From assembly GCA_963716745.1 (NCBI GenBank), contig OY970320.1:2240001-2304000 (forward strand): a stretch of DNA of 64,000 nucleotides, given 5' to 3'. Shown here one piece after another: positions 30,388 to 41,269 of this stretch. Both the position numbers and the translations under genes were made by a program. The notes under the pieces are model-generated. The model did not search any database and had not been told where the DNA came from. It worked only from the letters and a program-made list of their open reading frames with translations. The DNA comes from an uncultured Gemmatimonadaceae bacterium. Lineage in GTDB: Bacteria > Gemmatimonadota > Gemmatimonadetes > Gemmatimonadales > Gemmatimonadaceae. Positions within the stretch are counted from its first letter, which is position 1; each line of letters begins with the position of its first letter.

Positions 30388-31041
30388 ATGAGACCGTCGA
30401 TCGCGGCTTGGTCCTGTTCGAGTGTCGCGTTGTTGCTCGCGGGCGCGCTCTCGGCGCAGAACACGACCGTGCGATGCGCCAATGGCACGACCGTGGCCGG
30501 CGATGCGGCGAGCGCATGCGTCTCGCACGGAGGCGTGAAGAAGATCCCGCCGGTCGCGCATCCGACGACTACGAAATCGGGCGCTGCGGGCGCGGTATCC
30601 GGTGGCGCGGCATCCGGTGGCGCCGCGGGCTCGGCCGGCGGCGCTGCAGGCGGGGCGGGTGCATCGGCCGGCGCGTCACCCGGCGCGGGCACCGCCGGCG
30701 GGAGTGCGGCCGGAGCAGCGGGCGGGAAGGGGGGCGCATCGGCTGGCGGTGGCGCGGCCGCTGGCGCAGCGGGAGCGAACGGCGCCGCGAGCGGTGCGCC
30801 GGACGCGGCCGGCGGAGCGGCGGCGTCGGGTGGCGCCGCCGGCAACAAGGGCGGAAGTGCGACTGGCGCCGCGGGCGGCGCTGCTGGAGCCGCCGGCGGC
30901 GCGCCGGTGGGCGGCGCTGCCGCGACTAGCAGCGTCGCGAAAAAGAAGCACACCGGCCAGTGCAAGGACGGATCCTACACCAGCGAGAAAGACAGAACGA
31001 CCGCGTGCGCGTCCCATGGCGGCGTGGCCAAGTGGTACTGA
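30388..31041 (+). CDS. Secreted DUF3761-like protein with Gly/Ala-rich linker
   Basis: Two C-x-[ND]G...C-x-SHGGV modules around about 130 aa of GA-rich sequence. Confidence 0.8.
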   Translation: MRPSIAAWSCSSVALLLAGALSAQNTTVRCANGTTVAGDAASACVSHGGVKKIPPVAHPTTTKSGAAGAVSGGAASGGAAGSAGGAAGGAGASAGASPGAGTAGGSAAGAAGGKGGASAGGGAAAGAAGANGAASGAPDAAGGAAASGGAAGNKGGSATGAAGGAAGAAGGAPVGGAAATSSVAKKKHTGQCKDGSYTSEKDRTTACASHGGVAKWY

Positions 31042-31448
31042 GTGCGCATGCGCCCACGCTGCCGCTGACGCTCCTCGTTGAGCCGCTCGCGATGTGCCGG
31101 TTGCCCGCTGGCTCCGCGGTGCCGCCGTGGACGAGCGAGGCCAAGACATTCCTCACCATCAGTCGCACGCCTACGGAACTCTCCATCGTCGGCGATGAAC
31201 GCGCGTTCCCGGGCGGCATCGCGGCGCAGCGTGGATATCGCGCGTTCCGCGTGCAGGGTCCGCTCCCGCTCGATCTCGTCGGCATCTTCGCGTCGCTCGC
31301 TGCGCCGCTCGCGGCGGATGGCCTCGCGATCTTTCCCATCGCGACGTTCGAGACGGACTATCTGCTCGTGCATGGCGCCTATCTGGCACGCGCGATCGCG
31401 GCGCTTCGCTCCGCAGGCCATACGATCACCGAAGAGCCATCCCGCTAA
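31032..31448 (+). CDS. ACT domain protein (start uncertain)
   Basis: ISRTPTELSIV, GPLPLDLVGI, IATFETDYLLV. Confidence 0.88.
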   Translation: MVLSAHAPTLPLTLLVEPLAMCRLPAGSAVPPWTSEAKTFLTISRTPTELSIVGDERAFPGGIAAQRGYRAFRVQGPLPLDLVGIFASLAAPLAADGLAIFPIATFETDYLLVHGAYLARAIAALRSAGHTITEEPSR

Positions 31449-31460
31449 GGAGCGTTCACA

Positions 31461-31919
31461 GTGCGCCTCTCGATCTTCGCCGCGCTGGCCAGCAGCGCAC
31501 TACTTCTCGGAAACTCGACCCAGCATGCGCCCGATCTCGCCGACGATCCCACGCAGCAGGTTATGCGCACCGAGATCGCCTTCGCGAAAACGATGGCCGA
31601 TCGCGACTACGCGGCGTTCGGCACGTTCGTCTCGGGCGAGGCGGTGTTCTTCACCAGCGACCAACCGCTGCGCGGCAAGCAGGCGGTGCTCGACCATTGG
31701 AAGCGCTACTATGACAAGGGACCTGCGCCATTCTCCTGGGCGCCGGAGAAGGTGGAGGTGCTCGAATCGGGCAAGCTCGCGCTCAGCACCGGCCCCGTGC
31801 GCGACCAGAGCGGCAAGGTGATCGGGACGTTCACATCCATTTGGCGGCAGGACGCGCCAGGAGTGTGGCACATTGTGTTCGACAAGGGGAATCCTGTATG
31901 TAAGAGCGAGGCGCAGTGA
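31461..31919 (+). CDS. NTF2-like (DUF4440/YybH) protein
   Basis: EIAFAKTMADRD, FSWAPE, FTSIWR, WHIVFDKG. Confidence 0.88.
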   Translation: MRLSIFAALASSALLLGNSTQHAPDLADDPTQQVMRTEIAFAKTMADRDYAAFGTFVSGEAVFFTSDQPLRGKQAVLDHWKRYYDKGPAPFSWAPEKVEVLESGKLALSTGPVRDQSGKVIGTFTSIWRQDAPGVWHIVFDKGNPVCKSEAQ

Positions 31920-31920
31920 G

Positions 31921-32955
31921 ATGAATCGCATCCTGGGCTCGCTCGTTCTCGCCGCGTCCGTCATCTTTGCCGCGCCCGCGCAGATCGTGCATGTGGACCA
32001 GCCCAGCGGCACGAACGAACTCCTCATTGCCGTGAGCACGGTGAACGACCGCATCGTATGGGTGAGCGGCCAGCACGGCACGTGGCTGCGCACGACCGAT
32101 GGCGGCATGCACTGGCAGGTGGGCCACGTGCCTGGTGCGGATTCGCTCCAGTTCCGCGATGTGCGCGCGGTGGATGCGAACACCGCGTATGTGTTGAGCA
32201 TCGGCAACGGTTCGCAGTCGCGGATCTACAAGACCACAGATGCCGGCAAGCACTGGACGTTGCAGCTCACCAACAGCGATTCGGCCGGGTTCTACGACTG
32301 CATGGATTTCTGGGACGCGAAGCGCGGGGTCATGGTCGGCGACGCCGTCGACGGACAAATCGTGATACTCACTACTATAAATGGTGGTGAGCGCTGGGAG
32401 CGCGTGCGTGCGTCGGCGCTCCCGCCGGCGCTGCCGAACGAAGGGAGTTTCGCGGCGAGTGGTACATGCCTCGTCGCTCTCCCGGGAGGGAACGCCTGGA
32501 TCGTGTCCAGCAACCCGTCGGAGGCGCGTCTCCTCCATACCTGGGATTTCGGCCAGAACTGGCGCCTCGAGAAACTACCCATCACGACGCACGCGGGGTC
32601 GGGCCCGCAATCGGTGACTTTTCGCGACGCCGAGCACGGCGCCGTCTTCGGCGGCGGGAGCGCCGCGCTGCCGAGCGATCTGCTGGTGGCCACCACGAAC
32701 GATGGCGGGCACACGTGGAAGCCGCGTGTGACGCCCGAACTGAAGCAGGCGATCTGGGCCGGAGTCTACGTGCCCGGCGCAAGTCCGACGGCGATCGTCG
32801 CCGTGGGCCCCGGCGGCGCGGTGTACTCCCGTGACGACGGCGACACTTGGATCACGATCGACGACTTCGACTACTGGTCGGTAGGCTTCGCGTCTCCGCG
32901 CGCCGGTTGGGCGGTGGGCGCGAAAGGGCGGATCACGAAATTATCGGGGTTCTGA
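31921..32955 (+). CDS. BNR/Asp-box beta-propeller (Ycf48-like) secreted protein
   Basis: Repeated TTDGGxxW, TNDGGHTW, SRDDGDTW. Confidence 0.88.
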   Translation: MNRILGSLVLAASVIFAAPAQIVHVDQPSGTNELLIAVSTVNDRIVWVSGQHGTWLRTTDGGMHWQVGHVPGADSLQFRDVRAVDANTAYVLSIGNGSQSRIYKTTDAGKHWTLQLTNSDSAGFYDCMDFWDAKRGVMVGDAVDGQIVILTTINGGERWERVRASALPPALPNEGSFAASGTCLVALPGGNAWIVSSNPSEARLLHTWDFGQNWRLEKLPITTHAGSGPQSVTFRDAEHGAVFGGGSAALPSDLLVATTNDGGHTWKPRVTPELKQAIWAGVYVPGASPTAIVAVGPGGAVYSRDDGDTWITIDDFDYWSVGFASPRAGWAVGAKGRITKLSGF

Positions 32956-32980
32956 GAGATACTCTCGCAGCGAGGTTCAC

Positions 32981-33445
32981 ATGCGTCTCCACGTGTTGTT
33001 CGGCGTCGCGTTGTTCGCAGCGGCGTGCAAGCCCGCGCCCAAGCCCGTCACGAAAGAGGATGGGGAGGAGCAAGCCCAGGCGATGGCGGCAGCGGGTTCG
33101 CGACTGGATGTGCCGGCGCTCGTGAAGTTCATCCCGCAGACCGACCGCATCGTGTACGTGAGCGACACGAATCCGATCAGCGGCAATGCGTACGCGAAGG
33201 ACATCGGCGATTTCTACAAGACGCTGAGCAAACTGGATTATCACTGGGAGAAACTCGAATCGCTCCCCATCAGCGACAACGCCGTGATCGTGACGGGATG
33301 GGCGAGCATCACGACCGTGCCGCTCAAGGGCCAACCCGAGTCGGTGAAGGCGATCGTGACCATGGTGTTCGTGCGCGATTCGACGGGGTGGAAACGAGTG
33401 ATCTCGCACAAGACGACCATTCGTCCGGCCATGGCGCTCAAGTAG
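32981..33445 (+). CDS. Lipoprotein with NTF2-like fold
   Basis: Lipobox AAAC; TMVFVRDSTGWKRVISH. Confidence 0.7.
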   Translation: MRLHVLFGVALFAAACKPAPKPVTKEDGEEQAQAMAAAGSRLDVPALVKFIPQTDRIVYVSDTNPISGNAYAKDIGDFYKTLSKLDYHWEKLESLPISDNAVIVTGWASITTVPLKGQPESVKAIVTMVFVRDSTGWKRVISHKTTIRPAMALK

Positions 33446-33454
33446 CGAGCATGA

Positions 33455-33489
33455 TTGACATGATTGTACCTGCGCTAGTATGGTAGAAT
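33455..33489 (+). promoter_or_regulatory. Putative sigma70 promoter
   Basis: TTGACA at 33455; TATGGT 18 nt downstream and an extended TGnTAGAAT ending at 33489. Confidence 0.4.
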
Positions 33490-33514
33490 CGTGTCCCGCA
33501 CCATGGAGGATCGC

Positions 33515-34210
33515 ATGCGCTCTACCACCCTCTCCACTCGCGCGCTGATCGCGACTGGCGCGCTGTTCTTCGCAGCGGTTTCCTCGGCACAACAGGCGCC
33601 GCACTCGGTCACCTGCGTGGACGGCACCACCGACATGTCCAACGCGAAGGCGCCCTGCAACGGGCACGGCGGCATCAAGCCCGCACGTGGCGCCGTAGCC
33701 GTGAATGCCGCGCCCGCGGCCGGCGCGGTGGCGGTGAATACTCCCGGCTCCGCCTCGAGCACTACGGCACCCGCACACACCAAACCCAAGCCGAAGCCCG
33801 CACCCCCGCCAGCACCCGGCTCCAGTACCGCTCTCAACGGGGGCACGAAGATCGAATCATCGCCGCGCGACCCGGCATCGCCGCAGAAGATCTCCACGGC
33901 CGCCAGCGGCGGCATTGGCAACACGGCCGTGCATAAGGAGGGTCAGCTCGGCGGCACCGGCAACACGGCAGTCGAGAAGGAGGGGCAAATGAATAAGGCC
34001 GCGGGTGGCGTCGGCAACACCGCGGTCATGAAGGAAGGACAGATGGGCCACGGCTCCGGCGGCATCGGTCAGACCACGGAGAGCAAGGCCTTTAAGAGCA
34101 CCGGCCGCTGCAAGGACGGCACCTACTCCACGACGAAGGACGTCACGACGCAGTGCTCGAGCCACGGCGGCGTATCGAAGATCTACTCTACCGGCGCCAC
34201 TCCTCCCTGA
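33515..34210 (+). CDS. Secreted DUF3761-like protein with internal GGxGNTAVxKEGQ repeats
   Basis: CVDG...CNGHGG and CKDG...CSSHGGV modules; three full internal repeats and one partial. Confidence 0.8.
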   Translation: MRSTTLSTRALIATGALFFAAVSSAQQAPHSVTCVDGTTDMSNAKAPCNGHGGIKPARGAVAVNAAPAAGAVAVNTPGSASSTTAPAHTKPKPKPAPPPAPGSSTALNGGTKIESSPRDPASPQKISTAASGGIGNTAVHKEGQLGGTGNTAVEKEGQMNKAAGGVGNTAVMKEGQMGHGSGGIGQTTESKAFKSTGRCKDGTYSTTKDVTTQCSSHGGVSKIYSTGATPP

Positions 34211-34764
34211 CCGCTTTCCGCATCCGCCGCGGTATCCCCTCCGATGCCGCGGCGCTCGCGGCCTTCGCCGCGCGCACATTCACCGACACATTCGGTTCGG
34301 CGAACGAGGACGCCCATCTCGCGGCGCATCTCGAAGAGCACTACGGACTGCCTCAGCAGACCCGAGAGCTCACCGACCCAACGCAGGTCATCCTCCTCGC
34401 CGAACACGACAGCGCCCTCGCGGGCTATGCGCATCTGCGAACGGGCGCACCGCCGCCCTGCGTCACCGGAGAGGCACCGGTCGAGATCGCCCGCTTCTAC
34501 GTCGACCGCCCGCACCATGGATCCGGCCTCGCGCAACAATTGATGACGGCGGCCCGTAGTGCCGCTAGCGACATGGGCGCCCGCACGCTCTGGCTCGGCG
34601 TGTGGGAGCACAATCCTCGTGCCATCGCGTACTACGCCAAGAGCGGCTTGCGCGATGTCGGTTCGGCTGATTTCTTCGTCGGTCCGGATAGGCAGACGGA
34701 TCGCATCATGGTCGCGAGTTTGAGCGATCGAGACAACTCATCCACGGTGGAGAAGGCACAATGA
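34207..34764 (+). CDS. GNAT N-acetyltransferase, PaiA-like (start uncertain)
   Basis: TFTDTF, EIARFYV, GSGLAQQLM, LWLGVWEHNPRAIAYY. Confidence 0.88.
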   Translation: MTAFRIRRGIPSDAAALAAFAARTFTDTFGSANEDAHLAAHLEEHYGLPQQTRELTDPTQVILLAEHDSALAGYAHLRTGAPPPCVTGEAPVEIARFYVDRPHHGSGLAQQLMTAARSAASDMGARTLWLGVWEHNPRAIAYYAKSGLRDVGSADFFVGPDRQTDRIMVASLSDRDNSSTVEKAQ

Positions 34765-37700
34765 AGCTCTTCGGTCTCTCGATGCGCGATGCACGATGCG
34801 CGATGTACGCTCTTCTGATCGCGACGCCGGCTACGGCCCAGACCAAACTGCTTCGATTCCCCGACGTGCACGGAGACAAGGTCGTCTTCACGTACGCCGG
34901 CGATCTCTGGACCGCCTCCACCTCCGGCGGCACCGCGACGCATCTCACCACGCATCCGGGCCTCGAACTCTTCGCGAAATTCTCCCCCGACGGGAAATGG
35001 ATCGCCTTCACCGGCCAGTACGACGGCGATGAACAGGTGTACGTGATCCCCGCCTCCGGCGGCGTGCCGAAGCAGCTCACGTTCTATCCCGCGCACGGCC
35101 CGCTCACGGAACGCTGGGGTTACGACAACCAAGTGGATGGCTGGACGCCCGACGGCAAGCGCATCGTCTATCGCAGCCTGCGCGGCAGTTGGACGCTCGG
35201 CACGAACCTCCTCTATACGGTACCGGTGGAAGGCGGCGCGTCGGTGCCGCTGCCGATGCCGATGGCGGGCTCCGGCTCGTATTCGCCCGACGGCAAGCAG
35301 ATGGTCTATTCGCCGCTCTTCCGCGACTTCCGCTCCGAGAAGCGCTACGGCGGCGGACAGGCGAATCGTCTCTGGATCTTCGATTTCGCGACGAATACCG
35401 CGAAGCCCATCTCCGAAGGGCCGCGCGCCGAGCGCGATGAGATGTGGATCGGCAGCACGATCTATTACAACACCGACAAGACCGGCACCTTCAATCTTTG
35501 GGCGTACGACGTCGCCACCGGCACACGCAAGCAGATCACGCAGAGCACGAAGTGGGACACGCGCTGGCCGAGCCGCGGCGACAATGGCCGCATCATCTAC
35601 GAGAGCGCCGGCGAGCTGCAGCTCCTCGACACGAAGACGGGCAAGAGCACGCCGATCTCGATCGACGTCCCCGACGATGGCGTCTCCTCGCGTCCCGCGC
35701 ACATCTCGGCGGCGAACAACATCGAATGGTTCTCGCTGAGCCCCAAGGGCGAGCGCGCGCTGTTCGCCGCGCGCGGCGACATCTTCACCGCGCCGGTGGA
35801 GAAGGGCCCCACGCGGAATCTCACGAACTCGTCCAACGCGCACGACCGCGACGCGCGCTGGTCGCCGAACGGCAAGGAGATCGCATACATCTCGGACCAG
35901 AGCGGCGAAGAAGAGATCTGGGTGGTCGCGCAGGACGGCAGCAGCAAGCCGCAGCAGCTCACCACCACGCTCAAGGCGCGGCTTTCCGCGCCCGAATGGT
36001 CGGCCGACAGCAAGAGTCTCGCGTTCGGCGACATCTACGGGCGCGTGTACGTGCTCGACCGCGGCGACAAGAAGCTCACCGAGGTCGCGCACGATCCGCG
36101 CAATCAGGTGTTCGACTACGTGTGGTCGCCACGCGGCAACTTCCTCGCGTTCACGCTCACCGACATGGTGGGTGAGCAGTCGGTGTACGTCTGGAACGGC
36201 GCCGATGGCAAAGTGCATCCCGTCACCGGCCATCCGTTCAGCGAATACCAGCCGGCGTGGGATCCGGACGGCAACTACTCTGTACTTCCTGAGCGACCGC
36301 GAGTACCAGCCGCTCATCTCGAACTTCGAATTCAACTACGCGGTGGCGCGCACAACGGGGATCTTCGCCGTCACGCTGCGCAAGGATGTGAAGAATCCGT
36401 TCCCGATGGAGAGCGATGAGGTCTCCACCGGCCCGGACACGACGGCGAAATCGGATTCCGCCAAAGGCGGCAAGGACGCGAAGAAGGAGCCGGACGCCGC
36501 GAAGCCGGCCCCGCTCACGATCGACTTCGATGGCATCGAGACGCGCGTCGCGCGCGTGCCGGTTGAGGCCGACAACATCGGCGGACTGAGCGCCAAGAAG
36601 GGCTCGCTCATCTATCTCGTCTTCGGCAATCCCTACTATGGCCGCGAGAGCGACCGGAAGACGGCGCTCAAGATCTTCGGCATGAAGGACCGCAAGGAGA
36701 ACATCCTCTACGACGATGTGAACGGTTACGAGCTCTCGGCCGACGGCAGCAAGATCCTGCTGTCGTCCGCCGGTGCCTACCAGATGATCGACGCGAGCGC
36801 CGGCGGCGGTTCGTCCAAGAAGACCGTCTCCACCGCGGGGCTGATGGTGGACCGCATTCCCTCGCAGGAATACGCGCAGATCTTCAACGAAGTGTGGCGT
36901 CGCTACCGCGACTACTTCTACGTGCAGAACATGCACGGCTACGACTGGAACGCGCTGCACGACCAGTACGCGCCGCTGCTCAAGTACGTGCAGCATCGCT
37001 CGGACCTGAACTACGTGATCGCCGAGATGCTGGCGGAACTCAGCATCCAGCACGCGTACATCGCGGGCGGCGACTGGCAGCGTCCGCAGCGGCCCGGTGT
37101 CGCGCTCGCGGGCGCGGTGTTCAACGTGGATTCGGCGAGCGGGCGTTATCGCATCGCGGCGATCTACCCGGGGCAGAACGAAGAGCCGTGGTACCGCTCG
37201 CCGCTCACCGAGGTCGGCGTGAACGCGTCGGCGGGCGAGTACGTGCTCAAGATCGACGGCCAGGATCTCACCGGCACTACCGACATCTACGAGATGCTGC
37301 GCTACAAGGCCGACCGCCCGGTGGAACTCACGCTCGCGAAGTCGGCGAAGGGCGACGGCATGCACACCACGACGTATCGGCCGATCCGCGCCGAGGACGA
37401 TCTCGTGTACTTCACGTGGGTGCAGGGCAACCGGCATCGCGTGGACTCGGCGACGGGCGGCAAGATCGCGTACCTGCACATTCCCGACATGGGGAGCGAA
37501 GGCATTCGCGAGTTCATCAAGTGGTACTACCCGCAGCTCCGAAAGCAGGGGATGATCGTGGACGTGCGCGCGAATGGCGGCGGCAACGTGTCACAGATGC
37601 TCATCGAGCGGCTGCAGCTCACCCTGCTCGCCACGGAATTCTCGCGCACCGATTCAGGCACGGGTGTGTATCCGGGCGCGGCGTTCCTCGGTCCGAAGGT

Positions 37701-38067
37701 GGCGCTGCTGGATGAACGGTCGAGTTCCGACGGCGACATCTTCCCGGCGATGTTCAAGGCGGCGAAGATCGGCCCGCTCATCGGCAAGCGCTCGTGGGGC
37801 GGCGTGGTGGGGATCAGCGACCACGGACAGCTGATCGACGGCGGCACCGTGAACGTGCCGGAGTCGGCGACCGCGAGCGCGAAGGGCGAGTGGATCATCG
37901 AGGGCTTCGGCGTGGAGCCGGACATCGAGGTGGAGAACGATCCGGCCTCCTTGATCGCCGGGAAGGACCCGCAGCTCGAGCGCGCGATCTCGGAAGTGAT
38001 GACCATGCTCAAGACGAATCCGGGGATCTTGCCCAAGCGGCCGGCGGATCGGGTGAAGACGCATTGA
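34761..38067 (+). CDS. Tricorn protease homolog (S41); frameshift near 36278
   Basis: LLRFPD, FSPDG propellers, PDZ-like region, YLHIPDM, DVRANGGG, SSDGD, GKRSWGG; split between ORFs 34761 and 36172. Confidence 0.95.
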
Positions 38068-38098
38068 GTACGGCTCGGGAGTCGGGAGTCGGGAATCG

Positions 38099-39469
38099 AT
38101 GACAGCGAACGGCCGAAGGATCGTTGCGCTCGCGCTCTCGTTGCCGCTTGCCCTGCACGGGCAAGCGGCAACGGGGGTGCAGCGCGTCACCGACTCGCTC
38201 GCGATGGCGTTCATCGCCGCGAAGGGCGCCCCCAGCGTCGCGATCTCCGTCGTGCGCGGCAACGATACGCTCGTGATGAAGGCGTGGGGGATGGCCGATC
38301 TCGAATTGTCCGTTCCCGCCACCGCGCGCAGCGTCTACAAGATCGGATCGGTCACGAAACAGTTCACGTCGTCAATGGTGATGCAGCTCGTCGAGCAGGG
38401 AAAGGTGAAGCTCGACGATTCGATCGCCACGTACCTTCCGGCACTTCCGCTCGCGTGGCACACGGTCACGGTGCGCCAACTGCTCAACCACACCTCGGGC
38501 ATTCCCAGCTACACCGACATTGGCCAGCGCTGGGTGCGGCGCTGGGGCGACGAGATGTCGCCGGACTCTCTCGTCGCGCTCACCGCCAATGACTCGATGT
38601 GGTTCGCGCCCGGCACGAAATGGCGCTACGACAATTCCGGCTACATCGTGCTCGGCATGCTCGTGGAGAAGATCACGGGCAAGTCATGGGGCGCGAACGT
38701 CATTGAACGCTTCGCCAAGCCGCTCGGCCTCCCCGATACGCGCGAATGCCTCACCGACCCGATCATCCCGCGCCGCGTCGCCGGCTACTATGCCGACAGC
38801 GGCACGTGGCACAACGCGCCGTACCTCGCGATGTCGCAGCCGTACGCGGCCGGCTCGCTTTGCTCCACCATTGGCGACCTCGCGAAGTGGAATCGCGCGC
38901 TCAATACTGGCCACGTGGTCTCGGCGGGATCCTACACCACGATGACGACGCCCACCGGTGCGGCCGCCGCCGTCCACTACGGGTTCGGGATCGGTGTCGA
39001 CTCGATCGCCGGGCACGCCGTCATCACTCACAATGGCGGCATTCACGGCTTCAGTTCTGCGAACATGTGGGTTCCAAGCGCGCAGCTGTCGGTGACGGTG
39101 CTCAGCAACGGCAACGACGCGCTCGTTGGCACGCTCGCCAAACAGATCGTGCGCGCCGCACTCGGCCTGCCGTTCGAGCAACCGCCGAAGGCGGTCGCTC
39201 TCACTGCCGCGGATCGCGCGAAATACCTTGGCATCTATGCATTGGTGCTTCCCGACGGCCCCCACGATTTCACGATCGCCGCCCAAGGCGAAGGATTGAC
39301 CGCGCAACTTGTGGGGCAGGGCGCCAATCCCATTCGATACCTGGGCAATGACACCTTCGGCGTGGATTTCGATCCGAAGTTGCGGATCACTTTCAGCGTA
39401 GAGAATGGCCGCGCGACGAAACTGACGCTCCTCCAGAACGGCGCGACGTTCCTGGGCACCAGGAAATAA
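38099..39469 (+). CDS. Serine hydrolase (beta-lactamase family) with C-terminal DUF3471-like domain
   Basis: SVTK (SxxK), LLNHTSG, YDN, HNGG. Confidence 0.93.
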   Translation: MTANGRRIVALALSLPLALHGQAATGVQRVTDSLAMAFIAAKGAPSVAISVVRGNDTLVMKAWGMADLELSVPATARSVYKIGSVTKQFTSSMVMQLVEQGKVKLDDSIATYLPALPLAWHTVTVRQLLNHTSGIPSYTDIGQRWVRRWGDEMSPDSLVALTANDSMWFAPGTKWRYDNSGYIVLGMLVEKITGKSWGANVIERFAKPLGLPDTRECLTDPIIPRRVAGYYADSGTWHNAPYLAMSQPYAAGSLCSTIGDLAKWNRALNTGHVVSAGSYTTMTTPTGAAAAVHYGFGIGVDSIAGHAVITHNGGIHGFSSANMWVPSAQLSVTVLSNGNDALVGTLAKQIVRAALGLPFEQPPKAVALTAADRAKYLGIYALVLPDGPHDFTIAAQGEGLTAQLVGQGANPIRYLGNDTFGVDFDPKLRITFSVENGRATKLTLLQNGATFLGTRK

Positions 39470-39514
39470 TCCCCGCCGTCGTTAGCGACAGCCGACAGCC
39501 GACAGCCCGCTTCT

Positions 39515-39532
39515 TCACGAAACCTGCACAAC
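39515..39532 (+). promoter_or_regulatory. Putative OmpR-type operator (11-bp period direct repeat)
   Basis: TCACGAAACCTGCACAAC; 14/18 identical to 41969-41986. Confidence 0.5.
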
Positions 39533-39573
39533 GCGTACCTCCCACCGCCGCGCTGCGGGCCGCAGTTTAGAGC

Positions 39574-41269
39574 ATGGCAAGAACCGCCCGACGCGTCCTC
39601 TGGCTCGAGCTCCTGCTCGTGGGCTCGCTCGCAGCGGTCGCGCTCATCCTCGCGCAGACTTACCGCGCCGCCACATCGAATCGCGGCGTGGCCGAAGGCG
39701 CGATGCGCGATTACGCCGGCTTTGCCGCGTGGAGTTATCGCGAGCACTTGATGACGCAGGTGCGCGACGCGATCGACGAGGCGCTCGGCCCGGTCAATCA
39801 TGGGACGGGGCTGCACATGGGCACCGAAGTCCCCGACGCGTCGGATCTCGCGCACTATCTGCGCTGGGATCCGACGTGCCAGTGTCACGTGCCGCGCCGC
39901 GGGCCGGTTCCCGAGCGCTACTATGCCTTCGCGCTCGGCAGCGACTCGTTGGCCATCGTCACGAATCGCGCTCCCGCCGGATCGCCCGGCTGGCTCGTGG
40001 ATCCGCCGCCGGGAGAGTCGCGGCGCCAACGCGCGCTCGAGCGCGCCACCGGCGACGCCGCGTGGATCAACGCACTGCTCACGAAGACCGCGCGCCACTT
40101 GCCGCGCTCGAACTGGGGCTACGACCTGATCGTGGCACCGCGCGGCGGTGAGCCGCATGTGTTCGCGTCGCGCTCCATGCCCACGGTGTACGGCGACACG
40201 ATCATCTATGCGCTCGAGTACGATCGCCCGGCGGTCGCCAAGGCGCTCGGCCAGGTGCTCGCATCGAATGATCTGCTCCCGCCGTCGCTGGTCGCCGCGC
40301 CAGGCGACAGCGGCGCCATCGATCTCGAAGTGACCGACGCCGACGGCAATTCGCTCTTCCGCACGAGCGACCACATCGACTGGCGGCAGCCCTCCGAGTC
40401 GCAGCTGCCCGCCGACTACGGCGGCCTTCGTGTGCGCGCGCAGCTCCATCCGCGCCTCGCCAACGCGCTGCTCATCGGCGGCACGCCGCGCTCGCGCGTG
40501 CCGCTGCTGCTGGTATTGCTCGCGCTCGCGATCGGGCTCACGGTGTTCGCCGCGGTGCTGCTGCGCCGCGAGGTGCGCTTCGCTGCCGAGCGTGCGGACT
40601 TCGTCGCGAGCGTCTCGCATGAACTGCGCACGCCGCTCACGCAGGTGCGGCTGGTGCTCGACACGCTGAGGCTTGGCCGCGAGGGCGATACGGCGACACG
40701 CGAGTCCGCACTCGGCATCGCCGACCGCGAAGTGCTGCGGTTGCAGCATCTCGGTGGAGGGCGTGCTGCGCTTCACGCGCGGACCACGCAAGGATGAATC
40801 GCCGCGCCTGGATGGCGACGTCCTCGCAGAGAGCCGCGAAGTCGTGCGCGAATTCCAGCCACTCGCCGAGCCGAAGGGAGTCACCGTGTGCGTGGAAGGG
40901 CAGGGCACTGTGACCGCCGCGATGCAGCGCGGAGCGCTCCGTCAGCTGCTGCTCAATCTCCTCGACAACGCGGTGAAGTACGGCCGCGATCGCAGCATAG
41001 TGACTGTGAACGTAAGCCCGCGCGAGGGCGGGGGCGCGCGCATCGCGGTGACCGACGCCGGCCCGGGCGTACCGGCAGCCGACCGCGAGCGCATCTGGCG
41101 CGCGTTCGAACGCGGCGGCGCGGCGCGTGCGCATGCGGCGGGCGGGAGCGGCATCGGCCTCACGATCGTGCGGCAGATCGCGGAGGAGCATGGCGGGCGC
41201 GCATGGGTGGAGGAGGCGAGCGGCGGCGGCGCGCGCTTCGTCGTGGACATCGGCGCGGCAGCAAGCTAG
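39574..41269 (+). CDS. Sensor histidine kinase; frameshift near 40752
   Basis: Two TM segments; H-box SVSHELRTPL; NLLDNAVKY, DAGPG, GSGIGL in the second frame. Confidence 0.93.

Noticed and set aside
26489..31041. A lanthipeptide biosynthetic cluster (LanC + S9 peptidase + Gly/Ala protein as precursor)
   Set aside because: There is no dehydratase or kinase-lyase, and the Gly/Ala protein has a Sec signal and DUF3761-like modules rather than a leader-core layout.
38099..39469. A true beta-lactam resistance gene
   Set aside because: It has generic serine hydrolase motifs with HNG rather than KTG and a peptidase-type C-terminal domain; function cannot be assigned from sequence.
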